From contig NIVC01000412.1 in NCBI GenBank assembly GCA_002269645.1, positions 931,296 through 995,295 on the forward strand: 64,000 bases of DNA, in the 5' to 3' direction. The DNA comes from Macrostomum lignano (taxonomy: Eukaryota). Numbering within the stretch: the first letter of the stretch is position 1; each line of letters opens with the position of its first letter. Position numbers and translations under genes: made by a program. Shown one piece after another: positions 62,333 through 64,000 of the stretch. The notes under the pieces are model-generated. The model did no database searches and had not been told where the DNA came from. It worked only from the letters and a program-made list of their open reading frames with translations.

Positions 62333-63079
62333 CAGCCAGCCTACATTTCCCGCGGGATTTATCACAGCATCACCGGCTTCATCTATGAGTCAGCATTGGT
62401 CAATTCTCGGCAAAATCTATTTTTACCTCAAAGAAGTCCCTAATTTAGCCATTAGATGGATCATTGCAATTCGCAGGGTAACCCCTGCTGCCCCCCTACG
62501 CGGATGGGGTAATTCAGCATTACTGGCACCTGCAGAAATTCTGCTGACTATATTTAGAAATGAATCTAGCTTGTCATTGGCTGAATTCGACTTTTTGAAT
62601 TTTCTGGATTTAAAATTGGCTCTAGCGTGTGGATTTGGCAGTGCAGATGCCAGTCTGAAACGAGTCATAGCGTTTAGGGAGGTCGCAGACAGTTTTAAAT
62701 AGACGGAGACAATCTTATTAATAATACACATAGCAACGCTGTCAAATTGAGTTATAAACGCAGAAAGGTCAATATTTGGATAGAAAATATCGATAAAATG
62801 AAGTGTCCCAATTGCAACAAAGCGCTTTATGGATCAGGAATCAGATATAGTCCTGCCATGCTGTTATTGAAAGATTGCCTTTTTTGTCTTTTTTGTTAAG
62901 AAAAAATTATCGATTTAAGCAGCTACTAATAGTAGGAAACCGCTGATAGTAATTTTCGAATTTATCGAACATTGTGGGTCTACCCTCTCAAGTTGACTTC
63001 AATTTTGATAATAACTATCCAGTCTATCCTTTGGGCAGATGTGCCGACAGCTCAGCCGCAGCTATTGCGCGGCGCATCT

Positions 63080-63290
63080 GAAGGCTGCGTACGGCTGTTC
63101 AGTCCAAGGACTGGGGGGTCGCCACACACACCCTCAATTACCACCCATTTTACAGCTGGGTGAACTGAAGCAATGCAGAGTTAAGTGTCTTGCTTATTAG
63201 GACACAAACTGTTCCAATGGGATCAAAGATCGAACCCCCGACCTTCAAGTTTTGAGTCCGACGCTGTGACCACTAGGTTGCTACTCCCAT
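63080..63290 (-). mobile_element. CORE-type SINE (family 2), copy 2
   Basis: Near-identical to 51539-51762 apart from small indels and a decayed head. Confidence 0.85.
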
Positions 63291-64000
63291 AATCTGCATA
63301 AATATTCATTAAATTTCTTTTTGAGCGTAAAATGACAAAAGTTCTTAACAACCAGCAACAGTAAGTGAGGAGTGACTGATAGTATGGTGTGCCACATGAA
63401 GGCTAGAATAACCAACTAATTTGAGCATTGAATTCGAGAAAGAACACTTTAACTATTTGTTGCTTGCACACGGAGTTTGAGTTAAACAGCCATGACATCT
63501 CTTTCTTCATTCCTTTTAATACACGAACGGTACCATGGTGTTGACTCTGGATTCAGCGCCTCGCATTTCTGAGTGCTATTAATTTAATTTACAAAATTAA
63601 ACTTTGCCAATTAGACCAAAAGCCCAACGCGCCAGCTTTCACAAGTTTCAGTCAGTAGGCAACTGTTTCACTTGGGTATAAGTGCTGTCTCTCTTTGGTA
63701 ACTTTGCCAACTGGCCTTGCACTTGATGCAGCTTGGCGTCGAACTGCTGCATCTGCCAGACTAAACCCAACCAATGGTCTGCGAGGAATTACCTCAAATT
63801 TAAACAAATGATAAAGAATTTTTGCCAGCTAATAAAAGGTCAAGGCGATTAATCGGGTTTGCCTCAGAAACAAAAAGCTGCCAAGTGGGTTGGACAGGTG
63901 TCGCTATTAAGTAAGTTGGTTAAGATTAACAAATAGACAAAGTTTTGTGCATATCCAGCAAAGCTGCAATGCTTTTTGCTCCATACTGGGCTCAATACAG

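Noticed and set aside
62335-62520. NF-kB sites upstream of the cytokine-like genes
   Set aside because: Only weak partial matches, at the level expected by chance.

Overview
Eukaryotic (animal) genomic window. GC-rich Gln/Gly-run exons set among satellite-filled introns suggest a free-living flatworm such as Macrostomum; this is inference only. Genes: (1) a complete 12-exon TRAPPC8 (+, 323-40717; 4419-nt CDS, ~1472 aa) whose larger introns each carry their own tandem repeats; (2) a 4-exon SNX25/snazarus-like sorting nexin (+, 45606-50260); (3) an intronless class A peptide-type GPCR (-, 54793-56121) with 16 perfect CRE sites in tandem upstream; (4) two tandem intronless 191-aa secreted cystine-knot (IL-17/PTTH/trunk-like) paralogs with an unusual cysteine pattern (-, 60091-60666 and 61671-62246). 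Mobile DNA: an intact full-length LOA-like non-LTR retrotransposon (-, 5172-11076) inserted in a 23-bp satellite, whose 5' end falls exactly on G1 of a well-formed HDV-like self-cleaving ribozyme fold; head-to-tail non-autonomous Helitrons carrying satellite arrays; a Merlin-like MITE with an 8-bp TSD; and two tRNA-derived SINE families, one of them CORE-type. All folds, alignments and family assignments were made by eye and need computational confirmation.
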